Positions 42,422 to 52,636 of a stretch of DNA of 64,000 nt are shown here, in pieces. Within the stretch, counting starts at the first letter, position 1. Each line of letters opens with the position of its first letter. The translations under genes and the position numbers were made by a program. A model generated the notes under the pieces. It saw nothing but the letters and a program-made list of their open reading frames with translations. It searched no databases and was not told where the DNA came from. The DNA is from an uncultured Mycoplasma sp. (GTDB lineage: Bacteria; Bacillota_I; Bacilli_A; RF39; UBA660), in contig CAMEEZ010000002.1 in the NCBI GenBank assembly GCA_945915275.1, positions 190 to 64,189 on the forward strand. Reading direction: 5' to 3'.

Positions 42422-44008
42422 TTATTGCATTTTTCGTATAATCTTAATTAAAATTACTCCAGAGCTAATTATTAACCATAAATATTTTCTCAGATTATCC
42501 CCAGTTTGAGGATTTTCAGGAATAACTTCTGGTATATTATCAATCATATCTTTATCAAAAGTAATGGGGTCAGATAAATCTTCATCTCTAGTATTTGATT
42601 CGAATTCTATATTTGTTTCTTCTTTTTCGATTATATTTTCTTCGCTAACACTTTCATCTTTAAGAATATCTTCAGAACTTTTCTTCTTATAATTAATAAA
42701 TGTTAATGTCTCTTCTTGGCTATTTTTAATAAAAATATTATAATCTTTCATTAATTCATAATTTAATACCGAAGATTTTTGAGAAATAACATAATTTCCA
42801 TATGGAATCATAAATGTAACTAGACCATTATCGTTAGTTTTTTCTAATATTTTGGATTCATTATTCTTAAGTACCATAAAAAATGAATCTACTTCATTTG
42901 GTAATAAATTTTCTTCTTCAATCAAGTACTTTTTTATTATATTTACTTTTTTTATAATTAATTGAGGATTAATTTCTAGAATAATTTCATTATTATTTAA
43001 AACATCTATTGTATATTCATTTTCATCTTTTTCATAGCCTATACTAGGGTTTAATTCTTTAATTGTAAGCTCTCCTATTGGTAAATCTTTTAATATTATC
43101 TCTCCATCTTTATTAGTAGCTAAAATTTGTTCATTATGTTCACTATCAACTATTTTATATATAGCATTTTCAATTGTACTTTCATTATCTAGATAATTAT
43201 TATACTTTCTTTTTATTGTTACATTACCAGATTCTACAATAACAGTTATACTGAATTTATTTTCTGGAGATCCATCTGTTGAAACAACAGCTTGATTTTC
43301 GTTAGATAAGTAGAGTTTGGTTGGATAATATTTTCCTCTAACAAATTCCAAATTATAAACTCCATTTTTAGTGCCAGTAATTTTTAACTCATTATTTTCT
43401 ATTGTTACCTTTAAATCTGTATTAGATACTAAATTATAATTATTTAAAATATTATTATTATCTTTTAAAACTAAGGCATTGTTTTTACTTATTTTAAAAG
43501 TTTCATTTTGGAATGATGGCTTTGTTTCGAATTTAGTGATTAAACTTTCAATTTCCTCAGTTTCTTTTTCATGAACATTTTTAAATTCACCTTCGTATCC
43601 ATCAGTAAATGTTAAAAACCAACCTTCTGGTAAAACTGTCTGCCAAATTAAATATTGAGTAATTGCTTTCCATTTTTCATCTATATGATTTTCATATCCA
43701 TATCCAAAATAAGCTAATAATTCAATTCTTCTCCATTTGTCTTTACTAATTCCTAAAGCTTTTTCTTGATCATTAACAATGTAATAATATTCATCAGTAG
43801 TGCTTAGCAATTTACTCGGATCAGCACAATAAACCAGACTATTATCACTTTTTCGATAAGCAGTTTTAAAATATCGATAACTTTGTTTAGTTATCTTATC
43901 TAGATATATTGGGACTTCCTTGACTTGATTACCAGCATAAAACATTTCTGCATTAACTATTCCTGGTAAAACAAATAGTAATACAAATAATAAAACAATT
44001 TTTTTCAT
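42422..44008 (-). CDS. Secreted, surface-associated protein with a signal peptide, a possible thioester-like (Cys...TQxxxW) domain, Ig-like repeats and a C-terminal TM anchor.
   Basis: N-terminal signal peptide. YCADPSK ... ITQYLIWQTV motifs. The C-terminus has a hydrophobic helix followed by basic residues. Confidence 0.45.
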   Translation of the reverse strand: MKKIVLLFVLLFVLPGIVNAEMFYAGNQVKEVPIYLDKITKQSYRYFKTAYRKSDNSLVYCADPSKLLSTTDEYYYIVNDQEKALGISKDKWRRIELLAYFGYGYENHIDEKWKAITQYLIWQTVLPEGWFLTFTDGYEGEFKNVHEKETEEIESLITKFETKPSFQNETFKISKNNALVLKDNNNILNNYNLVSNTDLKVTIENNELKITGTKNGVYNLEFVRGKYYPTKLYLSNENQAVVSTDGSPENKFSITVIVESGNVTIKRKYNNYLDNESTIENAIYKIVDSEHNEQILATNKDGEIILKDLPIGELTIKELNPSIGYEKDENEYTIDVLNNNEIILEINPQLIIKKVNIIKKYLIEEENLLPNEVDSFFMVLKNNESKILEKTNDNGLVTFMIPYGNYVISQKSSVLNYELMKDYNIFIKNSQEETLTFINYKKKSSEDILKDESVSEENIIEKEETNIEFESNTRDEDLSDPITFDKDMIDNIPEVIPENPQTGDNLRKYLWLIISSGVILIKIIRKMQ

Positions 44009-44061
44009 AATTTATTCCTCCATAAAAAAATTCCTATTTAAAGGAATTTTATTCTTTTATA

Positions 44062-44958
44062 TCACGAAAGTTTTAATTGTTTTGTCGTTTTATGTATATT
44101 ATTCCAAATAATCAAAGAAACATTTGCTATTAATATTGAAATAATTGCCCCTTCGTTAGGAACTATAAAGTATGAAATCAAGGCACTAACAACTCCAATA
44201 AATATGCTATATATTGTTATTTCATCATTTTTATAAGGACTATATATACTAAATGGAGCAATAAAAACAAAAGCAAAAATATTAGAAGAATTTTGCATTA
44301 AGCCAAATATTTTCATGTAATCTCTTGTTAAAAGTAAAATTACTAAAACTCCTAAGTAAGAAAATAAAGATATTAAAGCAATTTTATTTTTATATATTTT
44401 ATTCAAACTTAAAATTATCAAACTAATCAAAATTAATAATACACTAGTTGAAAATATTCCTCCAATTTGATTTCCAACGAAATTATCAACTAAAGTATAT
44501 GCATATTCATTAGTTGCTTCTAAAGGATTTAAATATGTATATTTTCCCAAAACCAACATGCCTATTATAATAAATAACTTAATAACACAAATTTTATTTA
44601 ATAGATTATTTTTATCAATATAGTCTATTATTATTATTAAAAATAAGCTTAATATAAATAAAATCATATTTGTTTTAAATGGAACAATAATTCCAATTAT
44701 TAATCCTATTATTGAATTAAAATGAATAGTTAATTTTTTATTTTTGAGAGAGTCACTTAAAAAACCTATTCCAAACCCTAATATAATATATAATATTTTG
44801 CTTAATATTATATATAAATCTATTTCTGTATTAAGTAAACAAATTATATTTTTATAAATACCAAAACTCAAAACAAGAACTAAACATAATAAATATGTTT
44901 TTTTTAATCCAGATAAATCATTCTTTATACTAATTAGCTTTTTATTCATAAATATCAC
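44062..44958 (-). CDS. Polytopic membrane protein, possibly RnfD/NqrB-like.
   Basis: ~300 aa with 8-9 TM segments and an internal GG.fS.S segment. It overlaps and is coupled to the upstream RnfC-like gene. Confidence 0.3.
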   Translation of the reverse strand: MIFMNKKLISIKNDLSGLKKTYLLCLVLVLSFGIYKNIICLLNTEIDLYIILSKILYIILGFGIGFLSDSLKNKKLTIHFNSIIGLIIGIIVPFKTNMILFILSLFLIIIIDYIDKNNLLNKICVIKLFIIIGMLVLGKYTYLNPLEATNEYAYTLVDNFVGNQIGGIFSTSVLLILISLIILSLNKIYKNKIALISLFSYLGVLVILLLTRDYMKIFGLMQNSSNIFAFVFIAPFSIYSPYKNDEITIYSIFIGVVSALISYFIVPNEGAIISILIANVSLIIWNNIHKTTKQLKLS

Positions 44959-46093
44959 TCTTCTTGGTTATATTTTTAAAATTAATATTACTTGGACAAA
45001 TATAAGAGCATAATCCGCAATTTAAACATTTAATTTCTTGTTTTTTTACTAAATTTTCAATTGGATTAATTTTTAAGGGACAATAATTCAAACACAATCC
45101 GCATTTTATACATTTTTCCTCTCTTAATTCATAATCATTAGTTATAATTAAACCATTAAAATCATTATCTACTATTAAACCGGAAATGTCAGTTTTATAT
45201 CCTTTCATTAATCCATTATAATAGTAAACTATATCTAAATTAGAAGTCTTAAATTTAATTTCTTCCTCAATTATATTTGATAATTTTGTACCTAGTTTTA
45301 CATTAAATACTAATGGGTTTTTAATAGCATCTCCAGTTATCGTAATATATTTCTCAGTCATAGGCTTATTTTTTGTAAACATTTCAATAATCTTACAATA
45401 ATCGTTTAATTTTAGTTCACATATATTTTCTATTGATTCACTCAAAAAACTTTTATAGTTATTTTTTAATTCAATAAGATATAAATTTGGAACCATTTCT
45501 ACTCTAAAATCAGGATAAGTTCCAAGCATATTATTAATTTTTGACAAAATCTCAGTTTCAGTATTTTTTAAAAGTATAATAACATTCTTAAAATTTAAAA
45601 TTCCTTTCAAATTATCTAAACATTCAAGAATTGTACTTATATTTTTGGATAAGTACATTGAATTATTTATAATATATGGTTCACTATCAATAGCATTTAA
45701 AAGTAGTGTCTTTTTATTATCAAATTTTAAATTAATACCATATTCTTCTAAAAATATTTCTAGCTCTTCTTTGCTTTTTATATCCAATGATTTTTTAGTG
45801 CTTTTTTTAATACTCTTTTCTTTATAATCATTAGCAATAACTAAATATACTTGTTGCAAATTATTATGCGTAACTTTTTTCAAGCCTGCAACAATTCCAG
45901 AAACTGAACTAAATATTTTTTCTTTACCATTAATTATAATTAGTTGCCCTTTTAAGACTGGTTCATTGTCTTTTACTAAAATTTTGCTTGTTTTAGATAT
46001 AGGAAAGTAAACATTATCAGGGCTCAAATATTCATGAACACGGCTAGATGCTTTAATATTATAGTCTAATTCTAAGGATATTAAATTTGTCAT
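44942..46093 (-). CDS. RnfC-like protein with an N-terminal barrel-sandwich domain, a degenerate nucleotide-binding region and a C-terminal 2x[4Fe-4S] ferredoxin.
   Basis: PISKTSKILVKDNEPVLKGQLI (RnfC_N-like). LLLNAIDSEPYI in place of NGAECEPY. CIKCGLCLNYCP and CLNCGLCSYICP. RBS AAAGGTGG. Confidence 0.5.
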   Translation of the reverse strand: MTNLISLELDYNIKASSRVHEYLSPDNVYFPISKTSKILVKDNEPVLKGQLIIINGKEKIFSSVSGIVAGLKKVTHNNLQQVYLVIANDYKEKSIKKSTKKSLDIKSKEELEIFLEEYGINLKFDNKKTLLLNAIDSEPYIINNSMYLSKNISTILECLDNLKGILNFKNVIILLKNTETEILSKINNMLGTYPDFRVEMVPNLYLIELKNNYKSFLSESIENICELKLNDYCKIIEMFTKNKPMTEKYITITGDAIKNPLVFNVKLGTKLSNIIEEEIKFKTSNLDIVYYYNGLMKGYKTDISGLIVDNDFNGLIITNDYELREEKCIKCGLCLNYCPLKINPIENLVKKQEIKCLNCGLCSYICPSNINFKNITKKSDIYE

Positions 46094-46144
46094 TTTACCA
46101 CCTTTTACAATTATAATAATAATTATCTTAATAAGCAATTATTT

Positions 46145-47905
46145 TTAATATTTTTTAAAAAACTCATGGATATTTATAGCAATACTTTGAGGAACTATTT
46201 TTGAAAGTTCTTCTATACAAGCTTCTTTAATTTTCTGCACACTTCCAAATTCTTTAATTAATGCTTTTTTACGTGCAGGACCTATTCCATTAATATTATC
46301 TAATAAGCTCGAAATACTTCCTTTACTTCGAATACTTTTATGATAATTAATTGTAAATCTATGTACTTCATCTTGAATTCTAGTTAAATAATGAAATACT
46401 TCTTTGCTTCTATCCAGTTCAATTATTTGATAAGAATCGCCATCAACTAAATTACTAGTTTTATGATGATTATCTTTTTTCAGCCCACAAACTTTAATAT
46501 TTAAATTTAAATCTTCTAAAATCATTTTACAAGCATTTATTTGATTGATTCCACCATCTACAATTATTAAATCAGGCATTTCTGATTTTTCTACCAATGC
46601 CCGATAATAACGTCGATAAATTACTTCTTTCATAGTATTAAAATCATCATTTTTTTCTAAAGATATCTTATATTTACGATACTCTTTTTTACATGGTTTA
46701 CCATCCTTAAATACAACCATAGCACTAACAGAATAACTTCCAAAAAGATTCGAATTATCAAAAACATCAATACGATTTAATTTTTTAAGTTTTAATAAAT
46801 CTTTTAATTCTTCGTTTGGTCTAGTTGTTTTCTCTGTTTCTTTTATATATAAAGCTATTTGATTATCTAAATTAATTTTAGCATTCATATTTGCCATATT
46901 AAGCAAATCTTTTTTCTTTCCTTTCTGAGGAATAATTACTTTTGTGTTAAGCATTTCTCCTAATAATTCTTGATCTAATTCTTTATTCATAATTATTTCA
47001 CTAGGTATTTCTTTGTTATTATAAAAATCCATTATAAATAATTCTAAGTCTTCTTTAACATCGCCAATTAAAGGAAAAAACTTATTTGTATTTCCTAATA
47101 ATTTTCCATTTCTAATAAAGAAAATTTCAATACTAATAAATCCTTTATCATAATAATAACCGATAACATCCCTATTTACATAATCATGTAGTTCTACTTT
47201 TTGCTTAGCTAGTACTATCTTAATATAATTAAGTTCTTCTTTTAATTCTTGAGCTAACTCAAAATTAAGATTATCACTATGTATTTGCATTTTTTCATTT
47301 ATTTTATCAACTAAAATTTTATCATTACCTCTTAAAAAACTAAGTATTTCGTTTTCCATTTTTTCTACATCTTTTTGGTTATAATTCTTAGTACAATAAC
47401 CTAAACATTCATTAATGTGGAAATATAAACATGGTTTTGATGGCATCGTATCACATTTTTTTAAAGGGTATAATCTATTTAATAAATTAACTATTCTTCT
47501 TGCAGCATAAGCATTAGGATATGGTCCAAATACATGCTTTTTATCTTTTCTTTTTATATTTAAATAACGGGATACTTTTAATTTTGGATAAGGTTTACTA
47601 ATATATTCAATATAAGGATAACTTTTATCATCTTTAAGTAAAATATTATAATATGGATTATATTTTTTTATCAAATTAAGTTCAATTATGAATGCTTCAA
47701 GTTCGCTATTTGCTACGATATATCTAAAATCATGAATTTCTGAAACCATTAATGCAGTTTTACCAGTGTGTACACGATTAAAATAAGAATTAACTCTTTT
47801 ATGTAAGTTCTTTGCTTTTCCAACATATATTACTTTTCCATCTTTATTAAGCATCTGATAACTTCCAGGAGAATTTGGAATTAATTTTAATTTTTCTTGA
47901 AGCAT
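46145..47905 (-). CDS. uvrC: Excinuclease ABC subunit C.
   Basis: GIY-YIG N-terminus (PGSYQMLN..VIYVGKAKNL..R), UvrBC-interaction domain, RNaseH-like and HhH domains. Confidence 0.9.
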   Translation of the reverse strand: MLQEKLKLIPNSPGSYQMLNKDGKVIYVGKAKNLHKRVNSYFNRVHTGKTALMVSEIHDFRYIVANSELEAFIIELNLIKKYNPYYNILLKDDKSYPYIEYISKPYPKLKVSRYLNIKRKDKKHVFGPYPNAYAARRIVNLLNRLYPLKKCDTMPSKPCLYFHINECLGYCTKNYNQKDVEKMENEILSFLRGNDKILVDKINEKMQIHSDNLNFELAQELKEELNYIKIVLAKQKVELHDYVNRDVIGYYYDKGFISIEIFFIRNGKLLGNTNKFFPLIGDVKEDLELFIMDFYNNKEIPSEIIMNKELDQELLGEMLNTKVIIPQKGKKKDLLNMANMNAKINLDNQIALYIKETEKTTRPNEELKDLLKLKKLNRIDVFDNSNLFGSYSVSAMVVFKDGKPCKKEYRKYKISLEKNDDFNTMKEVIYRRYYRALVEKSEMPDLIIVDGGINQINACKMILEDLNLNIKVCGLKKDNHHKTSNLVDGDSYQIIELDRSKEVFHYLTRIQDEVHRFTINYHKSIRSKGSISSLLDNINGIGPARKKALIKEFGSVQKIKEACIEELSKIVPQSIAINIHEFFKKY

Positions 47906-48082
47906 AACTATCCCTCCATGAATATTATACTACATTTTAAGATACATATAAATAAAAGTAATGTTTAATCATATCTCCATCTATGTAAATCATCTTTGTA
48001 AAATATTTGTTCTAGCAAGCAAAATTTGACAAATTAACGTAAACATGGTATCCTATTTATCAATTTTGGGGGTTGAAAATTA

Positions 48083-48447
48083 CGGATTATAATAAGAAAG
48101 AATTTATTATTACTAGACAAATTCTGCTTAGTTTAAAAAACGCATTATTATCTTCGAATAATTTATCATATGTCTCAGAAATAATTGCCTCATTAGTTCA
48201 TGGTTATTTTATCCGGGAATTACTTAAATGAAAATATTGGATATAATTTAACCCAATTAATTCCTAATTTAATAAATGAAGTTGATTTAAATCTTGTTAA
48301 AATATCTCCAAGGGAAAATGCCCGTACAAAAAAGATCATATAGAGTTTATCAATAAAATAAGTGAATTAGAGCATATTTTATCAGAATATGACTTAAAAG
48401 AAATAAATCCGAAGCTAATACCAAATGATTTCAAAGAATTAAGATAA
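48083..48447 (+). pseudogene. Frameshifted gene remnant: three consecutive coding-like segments in different frames, each ending in a stop.
   Basis: The translations DYNKKEFIITRQILLSLKNALL..HGYFIRELLK*, NIGYNLTQLIPNLINEVDLNLVKISPRENARTKKII* and EFINKISELEHILSEYDLKEINPKLIPNDFKELR* abut end to end in three frames. No intact ORF. Confidence 0.45.
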
Positions 48448-48498
48448 TATATGTTTTATTTTAAGATTAATTACTATATAATCAAATTGGTGATGAAG

Positions 48499-48846
48499 AT
48501 GGAATTAATAAACAAAAAAGAATATACGGAAAAGAAAAGCAGATTTATTGCTTATTATTATAAAATAGATAATGAAAATGAAGTTAAACAAATTCTTGAA
48601 GAACTTAAAAAAGAGCATAAAAAAGCCAAACACATTCCTTATGCCTATAAAGTATCTAATACTGCTAGAAAAAGTGATGATAAAGAACCTCATAATACGG
48701 CTGGAACTCCATTATATAATATAATAGAAAAAAACAGTTTAGATAACTGTTTTATTGCGGTTGTAAGATATTTTGGAGGTATAAAACTTGGAGCCGGAGG
48801 TTTGCTTAGAGCTTATAATACGTCCGTAACTAATGTTATTCATTAA
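48499..48846 (+). CDS. IMPACT/YigZ-family (UPF0029) N-terminal domain protein that appears C-terminally truncated.
   Basis: ...PHNTAGTPLYNIIEKNSLDNCFIAVVRYFGGIKLGAGGLLRAYN matches the YigZ N-domain. It stops after ~115 aa, where the convergent M16 gene begins. Confidence 0.5.
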   Translation: MELINKKEYTEKKSRFIAYYYKIDNENEVKQILEELKKEHKKAKHIPYAYKVSNTARKSDDKEPHNTAGTPLYNIIEKNSLDNCFIAVVRYFGGIKLGAGGLLRAYNTSVTNVIH

Positions 48847-50125
48847 TTTCGGATTTAGGTACTAATTTTAAAATAGTTAAATTTGATTTATCTATTTTTA
48901 TTTTCTTTAAAATTAAATTTAAAGTTTCAATATCAAAGTTCTCATAGATTTCTTTCATATTATCTATAATTTTTCCGTATTGAATTAAATCATTTTGAAT
49001 CATATTATTTACTGCATTAACATTATCAAAATCTAAAACCAAGTTAGCTATATTACACTTGCATCTACGTTCTAAACACCCAGCATCAATTTCCATATTT
49101 TTTAATTTCTTGATAATAATTTTAATGGCTTCTTCTGGACATTTTGATTCAAACGTTAAAGTAATTACAATATAATCATTATATATTTCTCTTTGAGTCC
49201 TAATATACTCAACTAAACGATTGGAAATTAAGAACTCTTGAAAATCAGAAGCTCCCCCAAAATTCGTCCTTAATAGAATTGAAAGAGCAATATATAAAGA
49301 AACATCATCTACGTCTTTAAATAATGATTTTTTTAGTTTTAAGCCTATTTTTATTTTGGGAATTTCAACATTTTCATATAAAGTTTGTTCTTTTTGACAA
49401 ACTGTACTACTCTCTTTTTGATCAAGCATTTCAATCTTTTTCATTTTTCCAAATTTTTTATTAGATAAATTCTTATTTACGATTTCAATTGCTTCATATG
49501 GATTAAAATTACCAGTAATTATTAAAAACATATTTTCTGGATGATAAAAAGTATCAAATGCATTTTTGATATCTTCGACAGTTATTTCTTTTATATCTTC
49601 CACCGTTCCTGCGACTTCATAACGATAATTATATTTATGAAATATATTTTTAAAAAAGCCAAAATATAATTTATTATAGGGATTATCCATTCCCATTTTT
49701 ATTTCTTCGGTAATTATTCCTCTTTCTTTATTAATTAATTTTGAAGTAAAATATGGAGTATATACAAAATCCAATAAATGATTTAAATTTTTTTCAAAGA
49801 ATTCTGTTCCAATAACTTCATAATTTGTATATTCAAATGTTGTAAAAGCATTGCAATTTGTTCCTGTCTTTTCAAAGAAATCGCTAGCACTTGTACCATC
49901 TTTTTCATTAAATTTCAAATGTTCTAAATAATGGGCAATACCTTTGGGAGAATGAATAGCCTTTCCATTTATTTTATAATCAGTATGCAAAGATCCGTAT
50001 TTAACACCCAATGAAAGATAATAATTACTTTTTTTAGTATTTTTCCACATGTATATAGGTAATCCTAAGGAACTTACTTCATAATATATCTTTTCGTTTA
50101 ATCCCTTTATATTAATCTCGACCAT
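48836..50125 (-). CDS. M16-family zinc peptidase, the active subunit.
   Basis: HYLEHLKF inverted zinc-binding motif (HxxEH). Confidence 0.75.
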   Translation of the reverse strand: MVEINIKGLNEKIYYEVSSLGLPIYMWKNTKKSNYYLSLGVKYGSLHTDYKINGKAIHSPKGIAHYLEHLKFNEKDGTSASDFFEKTGTNCNAFTTFEYTNYEVIGTEFFEKNLNHLLDFVYTPYFTSKLINKERGIITEEIKMGMDNPYNKLYFGFFKNIFHKYNYRYEVAGTVEDIKEITVEDIKNAFDTFYHPENMFLIITGNFNPYEAIEIVNKNLSNKKFGKMKKIEMLDQKESSTVCQKEQTLYENVEIPKIKIGLKLKKSLFKDVDDVSLYIALSILLRTNFGGASDFQEFLISNRLVEYIRTQREIYNDYIVITLTFESKCPEEAIKIIIKKLKNMEIDAGCLERRCKCNIANLVLDFDNVNAVNNMIQNDLIQYGKIIDNMKEIYENFDIETLNLILKKIKIDKSNLTILKLVPKSEINE

Positions 50126-51392
50126 TATCTGCACCATCCTCTAAAATATATACTAAATTTAACTTTAGCTTTTTACTCATATTTGCAATTTCTTCTTTGG
50201 TAACTTTTCTGTAAGCTTTCATTCTTTCAGTAATCGAAGGAAAGTTATCTATTTCCTTTAAAAAGCATTCATTAGTAAAGCTAAATATTGTATCCTTTGA
50301 AGTTTTTAAATTATTTAAAATAGATTTTTTTGATTCATCTATTAATCCATCATCAATAATAGCCATATTCATCTCTTTTAGTGATTTTTCAATTAACTTA
50401 AGCGCTTTTTTTACGCTTTCTTTAGCTAAAGAAACTTTAATACCATATAACTTATCAAACTTCATATAAAAGCTGGAAACACCATAGCATAGCGAGTTGT
50501 CTTCTCTTAATGATTTAAATAATTTAGATTTAAATCCTCCATTACAAAAAATATAATCAAATATATTCATAACATATAATCTTTCTTTTTCGCTTAAATT
50601 TATAAGATTGTATGCTAATAAGAGTGTTGTTTGATTAAACAAAGAACTGTTTCTTTTTATGATAGGTTTTTTCCTCTCAACATTTTCTTCATATAAAACT
50701 ACTTTATGATTTTTTATTGTTCTTAACTTAATATATTTTTTTACTATTTTTGATACTTTATCAAAATTTAAATCCCCTACTATAATAATATCACATATAA
50801 AATGTTCTAAAAATTCTTTGTAAAAATTATAAATATCTTCGGAAGTTATATCCAAAATATCATCTTTCGTATAATTATCTAAAAATATTTTGGTTGCACT
50901 ATTTTCATCTAATAAATTAAATGCATTATAACTTGCTACTCTCATTGGCGATTCTTTTAATGTTTCAAAATTTGATATTAAGTCATTTTTTACAATATTA
51001 AAAACTGTTTCATCAAATTTATTTTCCTTAATATTTGGATTAAATATAGTATCTGTAACAAATCTTATTACATCATCTAAATATGTCTCTTCTTTAGCAT
51101 AAAATGGATTAATAAAATTACAGCCAATTGATAAATTAACTGTTTTGCCTAATCTCGTAGTATTACCATAAATTTGAGCTTGATAAAGTTCTTCACTTTT
51201 AATTACCATATCTTTTCTTCGAGGATTATTTTTTGTACTATAAGTTAAAATATCATTAAGAAATATACATTTTAAATAATTATCTCTAGTTACATTTTCT
51301 CTAAAATTTATTTCAAAACGACATTCTTTAAAATTATCTGTATAAATAGTATGTAAATTATAAGTTTCTAATATTTCTTTTTTATATTCCAT
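50112..51392 (-). CDS. M16-family peptidase-like protein lacking HxxEH, the likely non-catalytic partner.
   Basis: M16 fold-like length and pairing, but no HxxEH motif. It overlaps the upstream gene. Confidence 0.6.
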   Translation of the reverse strand: MEYKKEILETYNLHTIYTDNFKECRFEINFRENVTRDNYLKCIFLNDILTYSTKNNPRRKDMVIKSEELYQAQIYGNTTRLGKTVNLSIGCNFINPFYAKEETYLDDVIRFVTDTIFNPNIKENKFDETVFNIVKNDLISNFETLKESPMRVASYNAFNLLDENSATKIFLDNYTKDDILDITSEDIYNFYKEFLEHFICDIIIVGDLNFDKVSKIVKKYIKLRTIKNHKVVLYEENVERKKPIIKRNSSLFNQTTLLLAYNLINLSEKERLYVMNIFDYIFCNGGFKSKLFKSLREDNSLCYGVSSFYMKFDKLYGIKVSLAKESVKKALKLIEKSLKEMNMAIIDDGLIDESKKSILNNLKTSKDTIFSFTNECFLKEIDNFPSITERMKAYRKVTKEEIANMSKKLKLNLVYILEDGADNGRD

Positions 51393-51424
51393 ATTGATTC
51401 ACCTCTTTTTATTATGACATTATT

Positions 51425-52555
51425 TTAATTTTCTATTACATTTAAAGATTCATATTGCAATTTTAAATAATCATCAGTCATACCAGCAATATAATCCAAT
51501 ACAATTCTTTCTTGGGTATTATTTTCTTTATATGAAATGTCCATATTATTAAGATATGACTTAAAAATAATAGAATCAACATTATTTTTCTTTAAATCGT
51601 CTAAATATTTATCATACATAGTCTCCAGCATTAATTTATATTTTTTTAAATTTTCTTTAGTATTTGCTTTCTCATAAATATTTTTATAATTGAACTTTTT
51701 AAGATTTACGATTGCTTCATAAACTTTATTACTTAATTTAATATAAGGCTTATTTAAACTATTCTTTATTACATCTTTTACAATTGTATCTACAATCTGA
51801 CTATTATTTATTCCAAGAACATCTTTAATACAATCTGGAACGTCTTTTTCTTTAATTAAACCAAGTCTTATTCCATCCTCAATATCTCTTCCTAAATATG
51901 CAATCATATCACTAATTCTGACAACACAACCTTCTAATGTGCCAGCAACTAATTTTTTCATTGAATCAGAATCTATATATGTTCTCTCATATTCATCCAT
52001 AAATTTTATAACATCTTTTCCGATTGGATTTAATCTATCTACAGCAAATTCACCATTATGGCAAAGTATTCCATCTAAAACTTGTAAAGATATATTTAAT
52101 CCTTTACCATAATTTTCAATATTCATTAATAATCTTACACTATGAACATTATGATTAAAATGCCCTAAATTATGTTTAATACTAATTTCATCCAACATTT
52201 TTTCTCCGGCATGTCCAAATGGTACATGACCTAAATCATGGCCTAAAGCAATTGCTTCTGCTAAGTCTTCATTTAAGCCTAATGCCCGTGATATTGTTCG
52301 AGATATTTTGCTTACTAACTGAACATGTAGCATTCTTTTTGTTATATGACTATGGTTTTTATAAGAAAACACCTGTGTTTTATCCATATATCTAATAAAA
52401 GCCAAACTATAAAGAATTTTATCTATATCATTATAAAAAGTCCCTCTAAAATCCGATTCTTTTTCTTTTAAATAAATTGCACTATTATCTAAACAGGCAT
52501 ACTTTGAAAGAAAATGATTTTTTATATTCATATTTTTTTCTATTATGCTATTCAT
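51425..52555 (-). CDS. HD-domain dGTP triphosphohydrolase-like protein.
   Basis: HDLGHVPFGHAGE motif, ~375 aa. Confidence 0.7.
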   Translation of the reverse strand: MNSIIEKNMNIKNHFLSKYACLDNSAIYLKEKESDFRGTFYNDIDKILYSLAFIRYMDKTQVFSYKNHSHITKRMLHVQLVSKISRTISRALGLNEDLAEAIALGHDLGHVPFGHAGEKMLDEISIKHNLGHFNHNVHSVRLLMNIENYGKGLNISLQVLDGILCHNGEFAVDRLNPIGKDVIKFMDEYERTYIDSDSMKKLVAGTLEGCVVRISDMIAYLGRDIEDGIRLGLIKEKDVPDCIKDVLGINNSQIVDTIVKDVIKNSLNKPYIKLSNKVYEAIVNLKKFNYKNIYEKANTKENLKKYKLMLETMYDKYLDDLKKNNVDSIIFKSYLNNMDISYKENNTQERIVLDYIAGMTDDYLKLQYESLNVIEN

Positions 52556-52636
52556 TATTACCACCATAAAAATATTATCAAATCTTAATCTAAATGTCTA
52601 TAAATCAACAAAAACTCTTTAAATTAATAATTTTTT

